A DNA stretch of 64,000 nt, taken from Chiloscyllium plagiosum (lineage: Eukaryota). The notes beneath the pieces are model-generated. The model worked only from the letters and a program-made list of their open reading frames with translations, was not told the origin of the DNA and ran no database searches. The DNA lies in contig NC_057719.1 in the NCBI RefSeq assembly GCF_004010195.1, forward strand, positions 79,221,678 through 79,285,677, given 5' to 3'. Of the stretch, positions 12,903 to 26,570 are shown one piece after another. Each line of letters opens with the position of its first letter. Within the stretch, counting starts at the first letter, position 1. Position numbers and translations under genes: made by a program.

Positions 12903-13689
12903 ATACAAATTAGAGTGTTGAAATTGATCCCATTTAGTTGCAGAAGATGTCATTGATGAGGAATATTCCCTATCATCTCCGTTCGGCCTAGAACTTATGT
13001 CCTGTGTACAGAATATTGTATGTTGGACGTACTTTGGCTTTAGCAATGTATATTATAAAGTGTCATTAAGCTTTCACTCACAAAAGGGAAAAATGAAACC
13101 TCTTCCCTTTTCACAGAAGCAATTTTGGCACAATATCAGTGCACATGCATATAGGCCTTTGTTTTTTAATGTGTTTTCTCTGGAAATCCTAATAATTTTG
13201 TCTGTCTTTAGGAAAGATGATTATGCTATATAATTTCTTTCTTGTAAGCGCCAAGTATTCTGTTTTGTTTAAATGCGATCTGTCTAGACTTGAATGTATT
13301 TTTTGCTTCCAGTTTCCATGTTTTATTTGTATATTAAAGTATGTATTTTTAGACCAAGGATCTAAATGAAAACCGTTCTTATTTTCTTTGATACCATGTC
13401 AAAATGTCAGGGTTTCCCAAAGTCAGAACGTTGTCTTCCTTCCCCCCCCCCCCCCCACCCCCACCTTAACTCAGGTTATTTTGTTCCCTCCTTCTGCAGT
13501 TAGAAGTCTTCACAATCCTTGTCTCTTTTTTTTTAGGTAGTCCTCAGTGAAGGTTTGCAATACTTTTCAAGCCTCAAAGTGGGGTCACAGTGGGGAAAGA
13601 AGTTTGGGGGAAGTGCTGCTATAGGGGTCATTCACAGCCCAGAAGCAATAAATTAAACCAAGTCCCGTTACATAAACACACAGCCAATA

Positions 13690-14235
13690 CCAGGAGGAAT
13701 GCCTTCACCCAGAGTTGAGAGCCTGTGGACCTCTGACACAGAAATCAGTTAAGGCCAAAACATTGAATATTTTCAAGAAGCAGATAGATATAGTTCTTAG
13801 GGCTTAAGGGAACAAAGCAGAAACTGGGTACTGAGTCGGATGATCAGCCATGATCATATTGAATGATGGTGCAAGCTTGAAGGGCTGAGTAGCCTACTCC
13901 TGCCCCTATTTTCTCTCTTTCTTTATCGAGTTCTGCTCCTAATGCTTTTAATGCTACATTTTTGGAGGTACTATCTTGTAGCTGAGGTTTTAAATGAAGG
14001 TGTCATTGGCTCCCTCTTGTGGACATAAGGACCAACAACACTATTTTGAAAAAGAAGAGTTAATGTCCTGGTGAATAATTATCCCTACATCACTGTAAGA
14101 GAATCCCTGCTTGTTAACAGTTATTTATGTGAGCTTCCTAAATGCAAATTGGCTTCTGTGCATCCTATCTTACAGTGGACTCCACTTAAAATAGTTTCTA
14201 TTGATCGTAAAGCACTTTGAGAAAGACTTGCTAAA
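13690..14235 (+). mobile_element. CR1 3' tail followed by a decayed Deu-SINE
   Basis: gaagggctgagtagcctactcctg tail; gtggacataag..cactattttgaa Deu motif. Confidence 0.6.
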
Positions 14236-14449
14236 AAAGCATATTTTCCTTTTCTTGCAAGCCTAATGAAGGAATTTATCTGCTTTCTTTGCTCTGCCTC
14301 CCCCACTTCATAGTGCTGATATACCATACCCAGTAGCTGTCGAACCATGTGCAAACTGGTCTATGAGGTGCGAAATGAATACTTTAAAACTGTCTTCACT
14401 GGTAAACAGGATGCTGTCAATGAAACATTGAAGTAGCAGTGATAGGATT

Positions 14450-16430
14450 CATTGAAAGGTTAGTATGAGGGTTACTATGTAGCTTTTTATTGCAAGGGAA
14501 GTTGGAGGATAATAGTAGGGAGGTCTAGCTTCACGTATAAAGGACATTGATGAGAACTGTCTACAGTTTGGTCACTTCAGGTAGCAATATGCTTGCATTG
14601 AAAGCAGTTCAGAGAAAATTTACTCAGCTCATTCCTGCTTTTTCTTCTGAGGAACGACTGAGCAGGTTGGGTCTACGTCTCGTCTCATTGGAGATTTAGG
14701 AGAGTGACTGGTGATCGAATTGAAGTGAATAAGGTGGTGAGGGGCCTTCACTGGGTGGATGTTGAGTGAATTTTTCCACTCTTGGAGAATCTAGAACTTA
14801 GTTGGGGCCTGGCGCATCAATTCGAAATAAAGGGTCTTCCACTCATGGTGGAGATTAGGAGGAAATTCTTTGCTGGAGCTGGGAGGATGTGGCATTAGTT
14901 TTTGGCAGTCTTCCACCCAGTGAGTAACAGAAACAGACTGTGTTCGATAGATTTTCAATCCACTAGGAAATGGTGGTAATGGAGGAGCAAACTGGAAAGC
15001 AGGGTCAAGGCCACAGTCCAGTCAGCTATGATCTATTTGAATGGTAAAGCTGCTCTAGTCGGCTGAATTAATTACTCCTGCTCCCGATATGATTTCACGT
15101 GAAATAGGTTAAAACTAAAGAGCAGGCACAAAAAAATAGTTGGCAGTCCTCTAGGTAGAAGCACCACATGCTTCATATGGAATGCGTACTGGGTTACTGA
15201 GATAGAAGATATAAATCGCAGAAGCTCTTGCCAGAGTCTTCCAAACCTGTTTAGATATGGGGCTGGTACTCAAGAAGAGCATATTCTACACCTCTGGAGA
15301 AACGAGGGAGGCTATGAACCTGACAACATAATAGCTCAGTCCTCACAATGCTTGTTGTGTGGACTCTTCTTGAAGCAGTTGGCCAGGATAGAATGTATTT
15401 GTCCTGGGAAAAGTATGGGCTGATGGATTTGTTCAAGGTAAATCTTTAATGTAATTGCATTCTTATGAGGTAAAATTGAGATGAAGAGGAAGTGCTGATG
15501 ATGATCTCTGCTAATGTTTAGTTAAAGTACTACATGATACACTTGTCGGGAAAATTTAATGGATGAGATTAAAGAGACAGTGAAAGTGCGGGTATGGAAT
15601 TAGCCATGGAAAAGAAAATGCTGATTTAAGAGTTTAAGGATTTTATGTTGTGTACGAGAGAGAAGTACATAATGGTATTGGAAATAGATTTTTAAAACCA
15701 ATCTATCATTGATGTAATCCAAGTAAAATGGGATCAGCAACAAGCCATTTAACTTCCTTAAGGATGTTCTGCCATGTTAAGGTCTGATTTTGGCCTCAAT
15801 TTCACTTTCCTGCCTATTCCCTGTACTTTTATGGGAGAACAAACTCTTCCCCAATTCCAGCCTAAATAGGAGAAAACCTAATTTAAACACCATTCCCCAA
15901 TTCTAAAGCCCATACAGAATCTATCTTATCAGCATCTAATGAGTTTTCTCAGAATCTTTAATGTTTCAATAAGATCACCTCCCAAGCTTCTAAACCTGAA
16001 GGAGTCTCAGGCTCAACCTTTCCTCATAGATCAAACCCTTTCATCTCCAGGATCCGTCTAGTAAACCTTTTCTGAATGTCATTGAATGCAAGTATATCCC
16101 TCCGAAACTGAAATCAAAATTACACCTAACTAGACTTAAAACTGTTTTGTCCAGATGTTAAGGAGGAAGGAAGTTGATGACATGGACAGATACAGCAGAT
16201 AAACCTAACGCACAGGTAAGAAGAGATGCCCTCTGCTAGGAAGAATGGGGAGAGGCAATATGAAACAAATGGTTTTTCAATGGCTGCAGGAACAAAGAGA
16301 CCATTACGTTATTAAAATTTAAAAAGTCTAATGAAACTCATGTAAGATATCCTTGGCTTTGTCCACAGAGCAATAGAGTACAAAAGCAAAAGTTACCCTG
16401 AACATTTTAAAACTGAGTGACGAGGCCTTG
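14450..16430. mobile_element. Cluster of old CR1 fragments, both orientations
   Basis: Decayed RT C-terminal and 3' UTR motifs. Confidence 0.55.
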
Positions 16431-16926
16431 ATGTAGAGAAGTGGTTGGTTCAGTTGTTCAAAACTGTGACTGACAGAGGAATGATGGAATGTTAAGCTGG
16501 GGAGAAATCAGCCTGTTGACCTAGAGACCCAGGTAATGTTCTGGCGACTCCGGTTCAAATCCTTTCTGGCAAATGGTGAAACTTGAATTCAATAAATATC
16601 TGGAATTAAGAAAATAATGATGACCATGATATGATTGTCGGGACAACACATCTGGTTCATGGCCTACATGTGACTGCAGACTCTCAGCAATTAGGGATGG
16701 GTTATAAGTGTTGGCCTAGCCTGCACTGCCCACATCCTACATTTTTTTTAATATAAATGAATCCAAAGACACAGGATGAGGGTTATTGGCAAAAGACCAG
16801 AACGTGATGTGAGGGAACAAGAAGATGCAGCAATCTGGAATAGTGGAACCAAGATGATTCCTTTGAGAAAGACACAACTTAATGGTTTGAATACATATTC
16901 AGGATGATTGGCAGTGGAAACTTACT

Positions 16927-17146
16927 AGGAGAAAGTGAGGACTGCAGATGCTGGAGATCAGGGTTTAAAAATTGTTGCTGGAAAAGCGCAGCAGGTCAGG
17001 CAGCATCAAAGGAACACGAGAATTGACGTTTTGGGCATAAGCCCTTCTTCAGGAATGATTCCTGAAGAAGGGCTTATGCCCGAAACGTCCATTCTCCTGC
17101 TCCTTTGCTGCCTGACCTGCTGCGCTTTTCCAACAACACATTTTTA
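16927..17146. mobile_element. Short palindromic Penelope-derived element with two back-to-back hammerheads; 14 bp TSD AGTGGAAACTTACT
   Basis: TSD at 16913-16926 and 17147-17160; inverted arms centred near 17057. Confidence 0.9.
17062..17089 (+). ncRNA. Minimal hammerhead ribozyme (family B), intact core
   Basis: CTGAAGA-a-GGGC-ttat-GCCC-GAAAC-GTC; stem I weak. Confidence 0.65.
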
Positions 17147-17907
17147 AGTGGAAACTTACTGAATAGACTTTACAAAGAGCTGCTCAGGCCACAAAGCCAC
17201 CATCTGTGTGATTTTATTTTACGGTGTGCTGCCCCATAGTGGAAAGCATCCCAGCTGAGATTGAAGGAGCCCAATGTTTAAATGCGTTGGGTAGCTACTA
17301 TACTAATGTGATTGCCGTGGTCCATTTGTAACACACTTAGAGCCATAATGATGTTCAGGCCCTACTCCTGTGAAGTGAGCACTTCTAGGCTGATACTCCC
17401 TCAGCACTGCAGTTGTTGGAGATGAGATATTATCCCAAGGTCCCATCTTGCCCTGTCAGGTAGATTAGGGAGGTTATTCAGAGTGCAGGGTTACCAGCCA
17501 GTTGACAACGGGGATAGTTGTCATTCAATCAACAACATCACAGCCTTAGAGAATCTGGTCATGACCACCTTTGTGTTTGTGGGATCTTGCTGTGTACAAG
17601 TTACATTACAGCAGTGACTATCCTTCAAAAAAAACTTCATTGACTGGAAGCACCTTGCTTGGTCCTCAGGTTGTGATAAGTGTTTAATGGGCAAACTCTC
17701 TCTCAATGGAATCTTCTCAATGGTGTTCTCCAATGAAGGGCTTAATGAGGGAGCTGGAAAGTTTTTTCTTGCTGTGTTTTTGGTAAACAGGGATGAGATG
17801 ATGACATTTTAACTACAGTTATTTGTGAATATTTATTGTTAACAACTTTTCTCCAACACCCTTATTGCTCGTGCTGTTTAAGCAAGCCATTGATTTCCTC
17901 TCTCGAG

Positions 17908-18608
17908 TTTAAAATCACACAACCCCAGGCTATGGTCCAACAGGTTTATTTGGAATTACTAGCTTTCAGAGTGCTGCTCCTTTATCAGGTTACTAGTGGG
18001 ACAGGATCATAAGACACAGAATTTAGAGCAAAAGATCACCGTGTCATGCAATTAAAATGATATATTGAACAAACTTAGATTGCTGTTAAGTCTTTCATCT
18101 TTTAGAATGGGTTGCAGGTTTCGGTTCATTAATATGTCAATCCCAGAATTTCTTTTAAGTCACATTCTTGAGATAACCTAAGGTTTTATATTTTAAAAAA
18201 GTGACATCTCAGCTCAGACAATGTACTAAAGGTGTGAGGTCAGAGTCTGTATGCAAATCTTGAGTCAGAGTGGTTCTGTTTCCAAAGTAAGAATTCATAA
18301 AATGTCATATGGATGTATTGACTACCTGCAGGTTGTGTGCTTTTTGGGCAAAAAATAGAATGTTTCTGCAAGTGCAAGCTCCCCAAATAGACTTTTATGT
18401 GCATGTGAGGGGGTGGGGAGGGAGAGTGTGTATGATGAAAGACTTATCAGCAATCTAAGTTGGTTCAATATATCGTTTTAATTGCATGACACTGATCTTT
18501 TGCTACAAATCCTTCCCCACTGATTACCTGATGAAGGGGCAGTGCTCTGAAAGCTAGTGCTTCTAAATAAACCTGTTGGACTATAACCTGGTGTTGTGGT
18601 TTTTAACT
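17908..18608. mobile_element. Penelope-derived element with about 190 bp inverted arms, each with a family C hammerhead
   Basis: 17909-18099 is the reverse complement of 18434-18607. Confidence 0.85.
18528..18556 (+). ncRNA. Minimal hammerhead ribozyme (family C)
   Basis: CTGATGA-a-GGGGC-agt-GCTCT-GAAAG-CTA; stem I tac/gtg. Confidence 0.6.
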
Positions 18609-18743
18609 CTGTCCCTGCCAGTCTAGCACCTCCACATCATTCCCCTCTACAGACAGTAGATGGAGTTGCTGGTACATTGTTCCCCTGTGGAGTTTCGATG
18701 AGAGAGATTTATTTCTGAGATAGGATGGTGAAGCGATTATACA

Positions 18744-19788
18744 TTGGGGAGACAGATTTACTATAAACCGACTGACTCCCACAGCTACCAAGAGTACACC
18801 TCCTCCCACCCTGCCCCCTGTAAAAACGCCATCCCATATTCCCAATTCCTTCGCCTTCGGCGCATCTGCTCCCAGGAGGACCAATTCCAATACCGAACAA
18901 CCCAGATGGCCTCCTTCTTCAAAGACCACAATNNNNNNNNNNNNNNNNNNNNNNNNNNNNNNNNNNNNNNNNNNNNNNNNNNNNNNNNNNNNNNNNNNNN
19001 NNNNNNNNNNNNNNNNNNNNNNNNNNNNNNNNNNNNNNNNNNNNNNNNNNNNNNNNNNNNNNNNNNNNNNNNNNNNNNNNNNNNNNNNNNNNNNNNNNNN
19101 NNNNNNNNNNNNNNNNNNNNNNNNNNNNNNNNNNNNNNNNNNNNNNNNNNNNNNNNNNNNNNNNNNNNNNNNNNNNNNNNNNNNNNNNNNNNNNNNNNNN
19201 NNNNNNNNNNNNNNNNNNNNNNNNNNNNNNNNNNNNNNNNNNNNNNNNNNNNNNNNNNNNNNNNNNNNNNNNNNNNNNNNNNNNNNNNNNNNNNNNNNNN
19301 NNNNNNNNNNNNNNNNNNNNNNNNNNNNNNNNNNNNNNNNNNNNNNNNNNNNNNNNNNNNNNNNNNNNNNNNNNNNNNNNNNNNNNNNNNNNNNNNNNNN
19401 NNNNNNNNNNNNNNNNNNNNNNNNNNNNNNNNNNNNNNNNNNNNNNNNNNNNNNNNNNNNNNNNNNNNNNNNNNNNNNNNNNNNNNNNNNNNNNNNGACT
19501 CAGCACCACCTTCTTGACCTGCAATCTTCTTCCTGACCTCTCCGCCCCCACCCCCTCTTCGGCCTATCACCCTCACCTTAGCCTCCTTCCACCTATCGCA
19601 TTCCCAACGCCCCTCCTCCCTACCTTTTACCTTAGCCTGCTTGGCACATCCTCCTCATTCCTGAAGAAGGGCTCATGCCCGAAACGTCGATTCTCCTGCT
19701 CCTTGGATGCTGCCTGACCTGCTGCGCTTTTCCAGCAACATATTTTTAAGCTCTGATCTCCAGCATCTGCAGTCCTCACTTTCTCCTG
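18744..19788 (+). mobile_element. Penelope-like retroelement, RT C-terminal part to pLTR, spanning the gap; intact family B hammerhead at 19661-19688
   Basis: IYYKPTDSHSY..SSHP..CKNAIPYSQFLRLRRICS; 3' pLTR with CTGAAGAAGGGCTCATGCCCGAAACGTC. Confidence 0.85.
18933..19496. other. Assembly gap (N run)
   Basis: N characters. Confidence 1.
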
Positions 19789-22699
19789 TAGGATGGTGGA
19801 GTTTACTTGTCATGCTGGCTCTTAAACTTTGCATTGCCTGATCTCCATTATCTCTGGATAAAAAGGTTGGTTTCTTAATGCTGATTAAATTCCTGTGTTC
19901 GTGCATCGTGAAAACCAGCGCAGTTGTGCTTATGTTTAAATAAATGCACGTCGTGTTTTGATTATTTAAAAATACCTGCTTAAAAAGAGTCCCGACCTTC
20001 CTTACAGGTCAGCCTCACAATTAATGGCCATTACTATTAGCCCTGAGCGGGCGTGAAACCTCACACTGGCTCTAATACATAGAGCGGTTTTCCTTTCGCT
20101 ATGGTATATGGGTAATATGACCGCCATTGGCAGAGCTCCACTTTATTCAGCTGTTACTTTCTAACCACTGGTGTTTATTTTTAAGGACGAGGTTAAAGGT
20201 TGTCTTTAAGGTTTTAAAATATGTGTTTCAATATATTCAATTTTCTCCGAGGTGAAGATGGAGATCCCAGCCCTGATCAAGTGTTACACACCCTCGTCCC
20301 TAAGGTAACGTTTGCGTGGTGAATTCCCTTTATCTGAATCAGAAGCTTGTGGGTTTTGGAAATCCACATCAGCCCTCCTACCAATGGCTGACGTTAAGCG
20401 AATCACTGACGGAATAACATAGTCAGAGATGCTTCTTGGCCGAACCATTTAGGAGAACTTTTGCCTTGCTTCTGTGGGTGGACGTTAAAATCCCAATGAC
20501 AGGAGCAGGAGGTCCTGCTGCGGTTCTGGATAGCATTCTACCCTTGAGCAAACGCTAAGAAATAAGATCAATTGATCGTTTCCGTCACTGCTCTGTGCGG
20601 AGAAACGGGAATGAACCATGCATTCCCTTGAGCCAGCTCCATCATTGCATTGGAGCAACTCCATTTACAAGTCCTTGATCCGTGTATCCTTTTGTAAATA
20701 ACACCATTCTGTCAATCTCGGTCTTAAACTTCACTTGTCCCCAAGGTTACGTCACGTCTGGCAGATTTCCGTAGATTTTGTGTGCAACCCTGCTTTCTGA
20801 TTTTATTCCTAAAATATCTACTGATTTCAAGCGAGTGCCTCATTGTCTTCATTCCGCTAGAAGTCGGTTCTCTTCCTCTGTTCTACTGTAACCCTTAATC
20901 AATTTAACAATTCAGTCCGGGGATTACAAACCAAGATCGTTCGACCTGTCCTTGACAACTAGCCATGTTATGCCCCAGTATCCGATCAATGAAGCTACGC
21001 TTCTTGCAGTACCAAGGAAAGTCAGCTTTCTTTAAGATGCACGTTACAGAGATTAACTTTCTACTCTGGGATCTGACCAACATTCAACGTTTTGTAAAAT
21101 GTCTGCAATCAGCTCTTCCATAACGGTCACTGCACTCCATTGGAACAGAAATGTATAGCATCTTTAATCTATGACCCCCAGATACTGGAACACTTCTATC
21201 CACTTTATCTGGATCCGTCACAATTTTATACGATTCTTTCCTCCGCTTCGTCTGTTCCAAAATAAAGTCTGAAATTCTCCAGTCTATGCAACATCCCGTT
21301 CGATCTTCTCTGTTGTGTACAACAATCTCTCACACAGTGCGGTGACCAGAACTGTTTTTGTCTTCAAGCTGTGGTCCAATTGATGCTTTTAATATATTTC
21401 CAGTTTAACCTCCAAGCTTTACATTCTCAAGAAAGAAGGCAAGTATCCTTTATGACTTCTTGGGCATCTTACCTATGCAGAGAACGGTGCACTGTAAGAG
21501 TTCCCTACAGTTCTCAAAATCTGACAACTTATTGTCTCAGGTGCACCCTGGACCTGTGTAACTCAGTGAACTGATTTCTTGCAGTTCAGGTTTGAGTATG
21601 TTGACTGGGTCCAAATTTTATCACTTGCTTCAAAGCTTTTCAATGGATGGGAAGTTCTTTCAGTGTGAGATGGTGCTATATAAATGCAAGTTGGACTTGC
21701 TGACTGGACACTAAAATAATAAGTTCCGGCTGTTTTATCAAGTTAGCCTTGTTTTTGTTTTAACCTGTATAGGGAATGCATTTAACTATTTGAAACTCTC
21801 TTAAAAACTTTTTCACCTGCTATACTGGGCTGGTGTGCAATTGTTGAATCCAAGATTTTTACTTTCTTTTTGCTTTTCAAAGTTCATTTCTCGATTATCC
21901 GAAAACCCAACAGAAAGTGTACTTTATGCCCTGTCAAACAACTCACTCAAAATATTTCCGTGATTGTCTGTGAGAACTTGCTGTGCATAAATTGGCGGCT
22001 TCGTTGCAACAGTCACTATGCTTCAGAAGTGCTTCATTGGCCGTAGAACATTTTTGGGAGACAGTCCCGAAGTTATGCAAGGCGGGAAGGGACAATAAGT
22101 TGTCTTGCCCATTCAGAAAGCCTTATTTAGATAAAATAAAATACTCCCCAGGTTTCCATTCAGAGGCAGAGTGATGAGGAGCCCCCGGGTTGTACGCTCA
22201 CCATTTGAACAGTGCAGGAGGATCACTTTCCTGCTCCTCGGACGCTGCCTGACCTGCTGTGCTTTTCCAGCACCACTCTAATCTAGACACTGAGTTTTCG
22301 GTCTGTTTTGGGAGACGCAGATTCTCCATTCAGAATTTCAGTTGTCAGCTTCCAACCACATGTGCAGCATTAACAGGAAGTGTTGACACAGTGCCCAGTC
22401 AGAACCCAGCAGACATCCAATAATTACCTCACTTTCAATTCTTTGCAAAATACTGAACTTGAAGCGTTGGTGCAAACCTAAAACAACTTCGATTGAAGAA
22501 TTTAACGAGACTGCAATTCTACTGAAAACGTCAGGTGTTCAAACGCTGGTGGTGAAAATGTATTTTTTTTGCGAGTGGGATTCATAGTGAAGTTTACATT
22601 AGCCAATGTATCTCTTCTCTCAGTCTTTTAAGTTCTGTGTATCTGAGGCTTTTTTTTTTGACATTGTGTACACTTTCTAAAGTTTTTTTTTGAAAGGCA

Positions 22700-22959
22700 C
22701 AAGATCCAATCAAAGGCTCGGACGAGAGAGAAGGTGGAGTTTTTGGGAATGGATGACGACAGGGCGGGGACGGGAGAACTTTTTGAAAGTTTTGGGGCAA
22801 GTTTTGGCGCATGCGCGGTGGCGCTGGGGGCGGTGGCGGGTTTGTCAGTTTCAGCTGAAATCGACAGGCGAGAGTCTGCGTGTGGCAAATCTTCCAGCCG
22901 CCTACCCCAACTGCTGGAGGAAGGAAATCCTTCACCCGATCGTGGGCCACATCCCCCTG
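22700..22959 (+). promoter_or_regulatory. CpG-rich promoter and probable non-coding first exon of an unidentified gene
   Basis: CCAAT near 22706, GC box GGGCGGGG at 22762, NRF1 palindrome GCGCATGCGC at 22807-22816, donor CTG|GTAAGA at 22959/22960, raised CpG over about 19.8-23.3 kb. Confidence 0.7.
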
Positions 22960-23724
22960 GTAAGAAGTAGCAGCAGCAGCAGAATCCCGCCTGATTCTGG
23001 CTGTTCCTGGAAACCCCCAGAGTTTTGTTTTAAAATTGAAGTTGCTTTGCATTTCCGACGAAATCCCGTGGGTACGTGGGCTTGGGAGAATTGTGAGACA
23101 AATTCGGACACGAAATGAGGGATCTGCAGACAAACTTTTTGGGGGGGGGGTGGAACGGAGAGAGGGTATTTGGGGAGAGAATAGGTGTGGAGGGAGAGAA
23201 TGGGGGGGGGGTGCATAATGAGGATGGATGAAGGAGGAGGGTATGGAAAGGGTGGGTGATTGGGGTGGAGCGCACAAAGAGGGGTGGACGATTGGGTGTG
23301 GAGGGCATGGAGAGAGTGGGTGATAGGTTTAGATGATTGAAAGGATGTGCATTTACTGAAAGGATTTTGGCAAACGTTGTGAGATGGTGGTGATAAGATT
23401 TCACTGTTGGATTACTGTTTACCCTGTGGTTAATATCATAGCGATGACACTGACACCAACATGAAGGTTTCACTGTGTCTCAGCCCTTTACTGCTAATTG
23501 GCCTCTAATCAAATGGTTATCAGTGTCACACCAATGTGGCCGTGATGACAGATACATGTGATAAACTGGTATTTGCTTCTCTCTGTATACTGTAATCCGG
23601 AATGGTCACATTCAACTGTGCAGTGAGTAGGGACTCTATTTGAAAACCATAGGAGAGTCTGAGATGTGATGTAATGGAAGACTTTAAAATGATGGAGCTT
23701 AACAGGATAAATGCTGTGAAGTTC

Positions 23725-24062
23725 ATAGAACCATTATAGAATCCCGACAGTGAGGAAACGGTTTTTTCTTTGGCCACCAAGTCCACACCGATCCTCCGAA
23801 GAGGAAGCCGCCCAGACCTATTCCCCTACCCTCCGACTCGAGGTTTACCCCTGACAAATGTACCTAACCTACACAACCCTGAACACTATGGGCAATTTCC
23901 CATGGCCAATTCACCTGACCTGCACGTCTTTGGACTGTGGGAGGAAACCAGAGGGAACCCACACAGAACGAGGGGAGAATGTGCAAATCCCACACAGACG
24001 GTCGCTCGAGGCAGGAATCGAACCCGAGTCCCTGGTGCTGCGAGGCAGCAGTGCTAACCACA
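23725..24062 (-). mobile_element. HE1-type SINE inside a CR1 fragment
   Basis: tRNA head and V domain on the minus strand. Confidence 0.85.
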
Positions 24063-24714
24063 AGTTCTTTCTCCTTGTCAAGGAGCCCATACTTGGTATG
24101 AGATGGCCACAAATGAATCAAATAAGCAATTTGCGAGAATGTGGAATTTGTGTTAGAAGGTGTAGTTAAAATAAATGGGGAGGGGGGAGGTGGCATTCAA
24201 GAAAAAGATGACAATGTTTGAGAAAAAGTAAGGATTAGAAGAATATGTTTGTAGGGATTGATGAATAGGGTAGAAGAGAAGTTGCGTGGAGTGTAAACAC
24301 TGGTATGGACAATATACATTGTTATGTTTATGTAGGTGCAATGGAAAGGAGAACTAGACTGTGTGTCGGACCAAAACACTGTGTTATGACGTATCACTCA
24401 AGTGTCGTCCGGTGCTTTCCCTTTTGGCTAGTCCTATTCATTTCGAACTTGCACAGAAGCATTGGGGTGGCCGAATGTCAATTGGAACCTGCTATGGTTA
24501 TGAGTGTGCATCCTATTGATATCATGAGTTATAAACACCCAGCTGAGTTTCTACAATGTCTGAAAAGAGTAGTTTTAATACTGGTGTGAACTATGGGCTA
24601 ATAATTTATTAATGATAGATTTGTATCTTATGTATTTTCCAGAACTGTTTCTAGGAGCCACAGTACATAGTGCAGAATGCTCTATGTGATTAATGTCATA
24701 GGACAAAAAGATAG

Positions 24715-25110
24715 AGAAGTTGCATTTATCTAGCACCTTTCTAAATCTGAGCATTTCTTGAAAGTTCTTTCTCACCGATTAGTATTTCCAAAGCATAGTT
24801 AGGTGTGCAACGTAAAGTGAGACAACCAATTCAGTAAGCTAAATTAACAGAAGAATAAATAAAGGGGATGAATAAATTAACAGGGGCATAAATATTGGCA
24901 AAAAGCAGGGAGAACTCCCCCTACCCCCTTTCATTTTTCAAGTAATACTGTGGGATTCTTTAACATCTACCTGAGAGGGTGGTCTGTTTAGTATTTCATT
25001 CAAGAAGATGACACTTCTGAAGCACTTCCTCAGCACGCACTGGGTTTCTCATCCTGGGTCACAACCTCAATTCTCTGGGACTTGAACCCACGATTTTCTG
25101 ACTCAGACAA
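24715..25110 (-). mobile_element. Deu-domain SINE
   Basis: ttgcatttatctagcaccttt tail; gggattctttaacatctacctgagagg Deu core, reversed. Confidence 0.65.
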
Positions 25111-25188
25111 GTGGGTTACCCTGGTATGTAGCTGGCTTAAGCAGGAGCACCAAGGCATGTTGTAACGACTCTACCACTATCCCCAAAC

Positions 25189-25500
25189 CACGGTGGCTCA
25201 GTGGTTAGCACTGCTGCCTCACAATGCCAGGGACCCAGGTTCAATTCCCACCTCAGGTGACTATCTGTGTGGAGTTTGCACATTCTCCCCGTGTTTGTGT
25301 GGGTTTCCTCCCACAATCCAAAGATGTGCAGGTTGGGTGAATTGACCATACTAAATTGCCCATAGTGTTAGGTGCATTAGTTGGGGTAAATATAGGGTAG
25401 GGGAACGGGTTTGGGTGAGTTACTCTTCGGAGGGTCAGTGTGGACTTGCTGGGCTGAAGGGCCTGTTTCCATACTGTAGGGAATCAAATCTAATCTAATC
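25189..25500 (+). mobile_element. HE1-type SINE
   Basis: A/B boxes, V domain, (AATCT)n tail. Confidence 0.9.
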
Positions 25501-26009
25501 TTAACCTGAATGATACAAAATAAAAACAAGTTCTTTGAAATCTTGTCAGAATTAGCCCTCTGCTCTTGAAGCTGACCCTTGACCCCAGTATTTTTTATAA
25601 TCTCTGTCTCATCTCCCAACCTCCCTTTCCTCTCTAAAGAACTTGTGTCCTGCCTCCTCTGAAATCTGTACTCATTTTTTCTGAATATCCTATTTGAATC
25701 TCTCCAAGCAGATTTCTGCCTCTGCCATGTTGTAGCACTGAGACAGCTCTTATAAAAGTCACGATGACCTCCTATGTGACTGTGGGAACTGTAAGCTCTC
25801 CCAGACAATCACTTGTATTGCCTTCCCTTCCTGTTCCCACTGCATTAGCACTGGTGTCCCTCGAGGATCTATCCTTGGTCCTCCTCTTATTTCTCAACTA
25901 CATACTGTCTTTTGGCAACATCATTCAAAGACACAGTAAGGGGTTTTAAACATGTATGCTGATGGCATTCAACACCACTTTTATCAACATCCTGCACTAA
26001 CTTGAACTA

Positions 26010-26270
26010 ACTTTTTAAAAAAAAAGGTTTTGTGATTTACACATAAAGAAGTGAAACTATCACTGTATTCTAACAGATGAAAGGCTCAACAGGCAATCAG
26101 TTTTTCAATGTATAACTTCAGTTGCATCACACTGTAAATTCTTGCTATAAATTCTGTGTTAGGATTGAGCCGTCCATTATCACCTGATGAAGGCGCGTCG
26201 CTCTGAAAGCTAGTGTGCTTCCAATTAAACCTGTTGGACTATAACCTGGTGTTGTGTGATTTTTAACTTG
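26010..26270 (+). mobile_element. Penelope pLTR fragment with family C hammerhead (26184-26212)
   Basis: cac-CTGATGA-aggcgcgtcgctct-GAAAG-CTA-gtg; same terminus as 18607 and 35373. Confidence 0.75.
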
Positions 26271-26570
26271 AAGTTGTAAGACTAGTTGTCAAACATCCCT
26301 CTGTAGCCCTCCCAGATATGCGCATTCCTTCAATTCTCTCTTGATTTTAATCACTCTACCCGTGGCAGCTGTGTCCTCAATTACCAAAGCCCTGAGCTCT
26401 GTAATTACGCCCATCTCTCTCCTTCCCTTTCCTCCTTTTAAGATTCTCTTTCAAATTTATCTCTCTTACCAAGCCTTTGACTATCTGCTCTGACAGCTTC
26501 CTAATGTGGCTTAGTTTTCAATTAAGCTTTAAAATGCTCCATGCTTTGTGACACTTTGTGTATTAATGAG

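Larger units (their letters stand above)
8846..13360 (+). other. Probable long 3' UTR of the SPINT1-like gene, candidate poly(A) signal ATTAAA at 13333-13338
   Basis: Mostly TE-poor sequence, U-rich and TGTA-rich toward 13.0-13.35 kb, then ATTAAA; AATAAA at 12179 and 13647 are alternatives. Confidence 0.45.

Noticed and set aside
18744..19576. ORFs of 210-263 aa
   Set aside because: Artefacts of translating through the N gap
22594..23473. Pro-rich ORFs up to 227 aa
   Set aside because: Antisense of a GC/G-rich promoter and intron; no recognisable domain
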